In this document: piece after piece, positions 59,433 to 64,000 of the stretch
How the letters are laid out: the number at the start of each line of letters is the position of its first letter
Numbering within the stretch: the stretch's first letter is position 1
Assembly: GCA_013239625.1 (NCBI GenBank)
Contig: MU054391.1
Coordinates: forward strand, 4,173,824 to 4,237,823
DNA: 64,000 nt
Origin: Lama guanicoe
Taxonomy: Eukaryota
Direction of reading: 5' to 3'
Translations under genes and position numbers: made by a program
The notes under the pieces: generated by a model
Seen by the model: only the letters and a program-made list of their open reading frames with translations
Told to the model about the DNA's origin: nothing
The model's database searches: none

Positions 59433-62400
59433 TTTTCTTCTTCCCTGTATCCTTTCAATCTGAGGCAAAGAACTCCGACCATTACCCATCAACACAAGAG
59501 TCAAAAGAATCGATGTGTCCAGTTAGACTGAGGAGTTCACTTCCCACCCCTTCTATTCAGGAAGATGGAGTAGAAACAAATTCAGGTTTCCATCTTGAAC
59601 ACGGAGGCAATCCTGGTGAAGTCAAGTGATGACTGTCCGTCATTTTCTGAGCGCCACCATCAGGGCGGGGGCGGGGGACTCACTCAAGCCTGTGGGAGGT
59701 TGACTTTCTCAGCACCCAGGTGGGAACAGGCTCTGAGACAGATGCCATTTCACTTTAAGAAGGTGAAATTTATAATCCGTACACATCTGTGACATATATA
59801 TTATTCCGCATGTATAGCATTGTTTCCTCATTTCATTAATGAAAAAGCCTAATGCTCACAGCCAACGTGACTCGGCCAGAGCTTCTAAATGGCAGAGCCG
59901 GCTTGCGCAGGGGTTTCTCACCCCACATCTCGTGTTACTCTCTCTGCAGCAGCATGCTCCAACGTTCAGTCATGGTTTTGCCATATTTGTGTGCTGTTGT
60001 TTATTTCCTACTTACTTTTACACTAATTCTAAATTGACTCATTTTCTTGACTTAGATCCATCCTAAGTAAAACCATCTGCAGACTCATAGGTTTTATGTG
60101 ATAGGTATGCATTGTTTTCTAATATATTAAATGATAATTATTAAAAATAATATCTCCAGAATCATTGGTGGAATTCAAGATGAGTTGGAAGACGGAGGAA
60201 TAGGAACAGAGGAAAATTATTTGGAAGCTCTGATGCGAGGACTAAAGCATTTAAGATCTGAAATGGCTACTGGCCAATGAAACAGAAATCAGTTAATGAA
60301 ATATAAGGGATTTTTTTCAAGACTAGAGTCAAAATAATTATAAAATTAATAAGCAATACAAATTGAGCGACCAAAGAGTTCATTATGCCTTTGACTCTTC
60401 CAGGGGATTGGTGATGCCATCAGGAGGGAGGGGAGGGCAGGAGAAGTTATGTGACAAGGCTACCATGTTGCCTGAACTTCCATGCATGTCGGTTGCCTAG
60501 TGTGACAAGATGATCAACCCTGGCGTCCTGTCTTAGCTACTTGCTTTATTAGACCAGGTGGCTGAATTAGCTGATCCCAGAAAGACTGGTTTCTATCTGT
60601 TTCTTCCTCCAGCATAGATACAAGTTAATTTTTTTTCAGTTGGCCACAAGAGTCGGGGTTTGTGGAGAATAAATATGACTTTAAAGTCATAAAAATTACA
60701 TACAAAAATAGTGAATTTATGCATCATACTAGGTAGTAGACATTTTTTAAGAGAAAAGATTACTAGTGAAATTCTTTTTTGCTCTTATATGAAATTGTGG
60801 TTATTAACTGACTCACATGCAATGAGGGAACAACACTCATTAGGAACCAGCTGTGACAGACAGTGTTGAAAGCTTTACCTTCTCTGGTGTTAAATGACAC
60901 CTACCATTCTCTGACTATTTAGCTATCGAGAAATTTTCTGAATTTTGTCTTTATTTCCAAAAGCACATTGGCTTTCTTATACTTATGCTTGTTAGAAAAG
61001 TCATATTATTCTAAGTGACCCAAACACTCACTATGTAGATGAAGCTAAGAAACACAATCGTTATGTTTCTTTAGCTTTCTGAAAACTCCTAAGAGCTCAG
61101 TCCATTTTCTTCCCTGCTGAATATACATTTCAAAGAAGTCATCCTATCCAGTCTCTTTCTTGCCAGTCCAATGCTTCAGTTTTCCCAGAGAAAATGAAGA
61201 TCCACTCTACTCGGGGTGACTTCACAGAGCACTGGTTTTCAGGAGACAAGAAATGATGTTAAAACCACTTTCCAGAAGCAGAGAAGGGGCCAGAGGCAGA
61301 ATCCAGGGCAATCACCTCCCTTTCCTGTGCTGAAGCCTGCAGTCTGTCCCGAGGCTGTCTTCCTCTGTCTTTTCCTCCTTCCCTAAATTCCCAAATTGTC
61401 ACTTTTATGAAACACATGACACCCAGCATTGTGAGGAGGTGGCTTGAGGGAACATGCAGTGAAAGATAAAATTTACCAAAAGGACTATCCATAAACAAAT
61501 GTCCTACACCGGAGACGCCATACCCTTGGCTGAAAGCTGTCTGCCTATGGAAACTCAGCAGGTGCTGCCTCCCCAGCAAAGAATGAGGATGCTTTTGACT
61601 CGCTCACATGCAGACAGAGGGAAGCACAAAGAAATAAAAAAAAAAATGAGGGCAGATGCTAAGTGGGAAGTATACATGCTGTAGAATTAGACAGGTTTGG
61701 GCAAAAGTTTAGACATTTCTTAGATCTGTGACCATGGAAAAATTATTTAATGGCCTTGGGTGCCTACACCCTCACCTCAGGGCATGAGAAGCTCTGAAGC
61801 AGGGCAGTGGCATTTTCTCCCAGTCACACTGTCGTCTTACTTAGTGATACGTATGTCAGGGGAGACCGGGGTGGTTGGTCAACTGTTCACTTCTAGATCA
61901 CAGCTACCAAAAAGGAAAGTTAGGCTGACCTGACTGACCTTGCTGTTAATGGTCTTATGCGTCACATCTTGGACGAGGGCCAGAGTGGCTGCATAGATGA
62001 GCGTGGCCAGAGGGCAGGAGGGCCCCTGAGATGCGGGGCTGGCTGTCGGCCTTGGGAGGAAGTCTGGCTCAGGCAGGATCTTACAGCAGCTGTGGGTTAG
62101 GGCTGGCGGCCACCTGGACGAGGCAGCAACATGTTTATCAAGCGGGTGATGGGGATGATACACATACAGAAATTTAAGGAAGGAAAGTGGTAATTGCACA
62201 GTTTGTCAGAAGGGGCTGAGCTGGGTTGAAATTTAACAACAGAAGTTTGTACCTAAAATGGGGGCTGGCAAGAGCATAAGGGCTCTGGTCTTCAAGAGAA
62301 ATGGCCAGGATGTGATCCTGGGGCAAAGACTCAGGAACCAGGACCAAGAAACAGACAAGGAACTGGTTCAGGGAACAAGGCTGAAGTCCAGCTGCTCAAA

Positions 62401-62496
62401 CTAGGGTGCTGGGCCAGGGGAAGGGTAAGCCATTGACTGCAGTTTGGTGCTGCCAGAGAGGTTAGCAACGAAACGTGTAAGTGAAGTCTGTGCATT

Positions 62497-62500
<4 letters not shown>

Positions 62501-62536
<36 letters not shown>
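62501..62536. repeat. (TA)18 microsatellite
   Basis: Read directly from the sequence. Confidence 0.98.
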
Positions 62537-62537
<1 letters not shown>

Positions 62538-64000
62538 TACTTTGATTAAAAAAATAAGATGTAAATCTGAATCTATTGTTATTCTGTGATAAACATAAGG
62601 CATCCAGTCTCTCTGAGCCTCAGTTTCCTCATCTGAAAAACATAACAAACACTATTTATCACAAACCTGCTTTGTGCTGACCCCCTGAGGACCTGAGCAA
62701 ACATCAACTCTAAACTTCACAGTAATTCTAATCATAAAGGAAAGTTCAATGATCTGGCTTGACCAAGATCAGGTACGGACTCCGTGGTTCTCACGGATGT
62801 TATGGGGGTCACCTCCCTCCATACGAGGTTATTGGGAAGCTCCTATTTAAGACATGGTGCCGGTTGGTGTTCGATGGTTTTCTCAAAGGGACTCGGCTCA
62901 TTCCTACCCATGAGAACATTATCCTGATGCTGAGACACTTGGGGCTCCAACAAAGGCAGCAAAGGCTCACTTGACGCTTTTGTTTCCCAAGCTTTGTCTC
63001 CTCTCCTGTATTTGACTAGGTGCCAGCTCTGGGAGCTCTACACCTTTCTGCCTGGGTTTCAAGAGCCTGACACTCTGAAAACTCAAAAGAGTGAGGCGAG
63101 CATCTGCAGAGAAGTAAGGACACATTTGCAAGATGCTGCGTGTGGCGCTTTTCTTCCCTCCCTTTCCCCTAAATGCAGAGAGAGTGCAGTGTGACTAATT
63201 ACATCAGAATGGAAAGCAGAAGCTCTCAAGTTAAAGTATTTTGGTAATCATGTTTACCGCGGGTAAAGTACGTCTGCATTAAATAAGTCAAAACACAGTG
63301 CGCAAAATTTGGAATGATTCCTTGAGCACTGCAAGGACGGAGTTAGATGTAGAAATGATATAATGTCCAAGTCGAAGCACTATAAGAGAAGATAAACCAT
63401 CTGCTTCAACTAACTCCGATCCACTTGAAAATGCTAATCGTATGGCAGTAGGATGATTAAACTACATTAGGAGGAAAAAAAACACATTTTCGGTAAGAGA
63501 TACAATGCATGTTTCAGTGAGATTGAGCTGCCCACAGATGGAAGGAATGTTATCACCTAAATTAGGTGACCATCAGTATCAAAATGTGAGTCATAGGTTC
63601 TTAGAAGCCTTATTGATTGCTCAGACTCTGTTCTGCCTCTGTCGTTTGCAGATGGTCCAGAGAATTAACTTGCACAAAGGTCCACGTGTATTTCATGGGG
63701 GATCCAGAGCCCACTCTGGATTTGATGCCCTTACACTGACTCTTTTAGTGGAGACTTGAGTCCTATGTTGAGGGGAAAGTACATCCCAGCCATTGCCCAG
63801 TCACAGCCACGTGGATGATGGGGCCAAAAGAGACCTCCACAAGCTTATAGGTGCAGAGTCCTAGCTCCCCATTTTATGGGCAAAGAAACCATGAGTAAGA
63901 GAGGTGGAGAGCCACCGCTTCCCCCAGCACCACGCCGGGGAAGTGCGCCGCACGCACATGCCACTCTTGACTGGAGCCTGAGGACGCTCTCGGCACAGGT

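Overview
Mammalian, most likely camelid (alpaca/llama/camel), non-coding DNA. The lineage call rests on a young tRNA-Ala-derived Vic-1-type SINE with intact target-site duplications at 52.7-52.9 kb. I see no protein-coding gene I can recognise. Apart from L1 ORF2 relics, the ORF track looks like chance or repeat-derived frames. The window is a mosaic of old eutherian repeats (L2, MIR, L3/CR1, L1M, MaLR/ERVL LTRs, hAT MITEs), microsatellites, one 19-bp minisatellite, several short CpG-rich patches and repeat-free motif-dense blocks that look like enhancers or insulators. This fits a gene desert or large intron. I found no new gene system. The best leads are a compact CTCF + POU-MORE + RFX + bHLH module at 51.3-51.9 kb, a convergent CTCF pair, a minisatellite that appears to have grown out of an L2, and signs of AT-to-GC drift in ancient repeats. 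Repeat family names come from recalled consensus sequences, not a database search, and the ends of old repeats are approximate.
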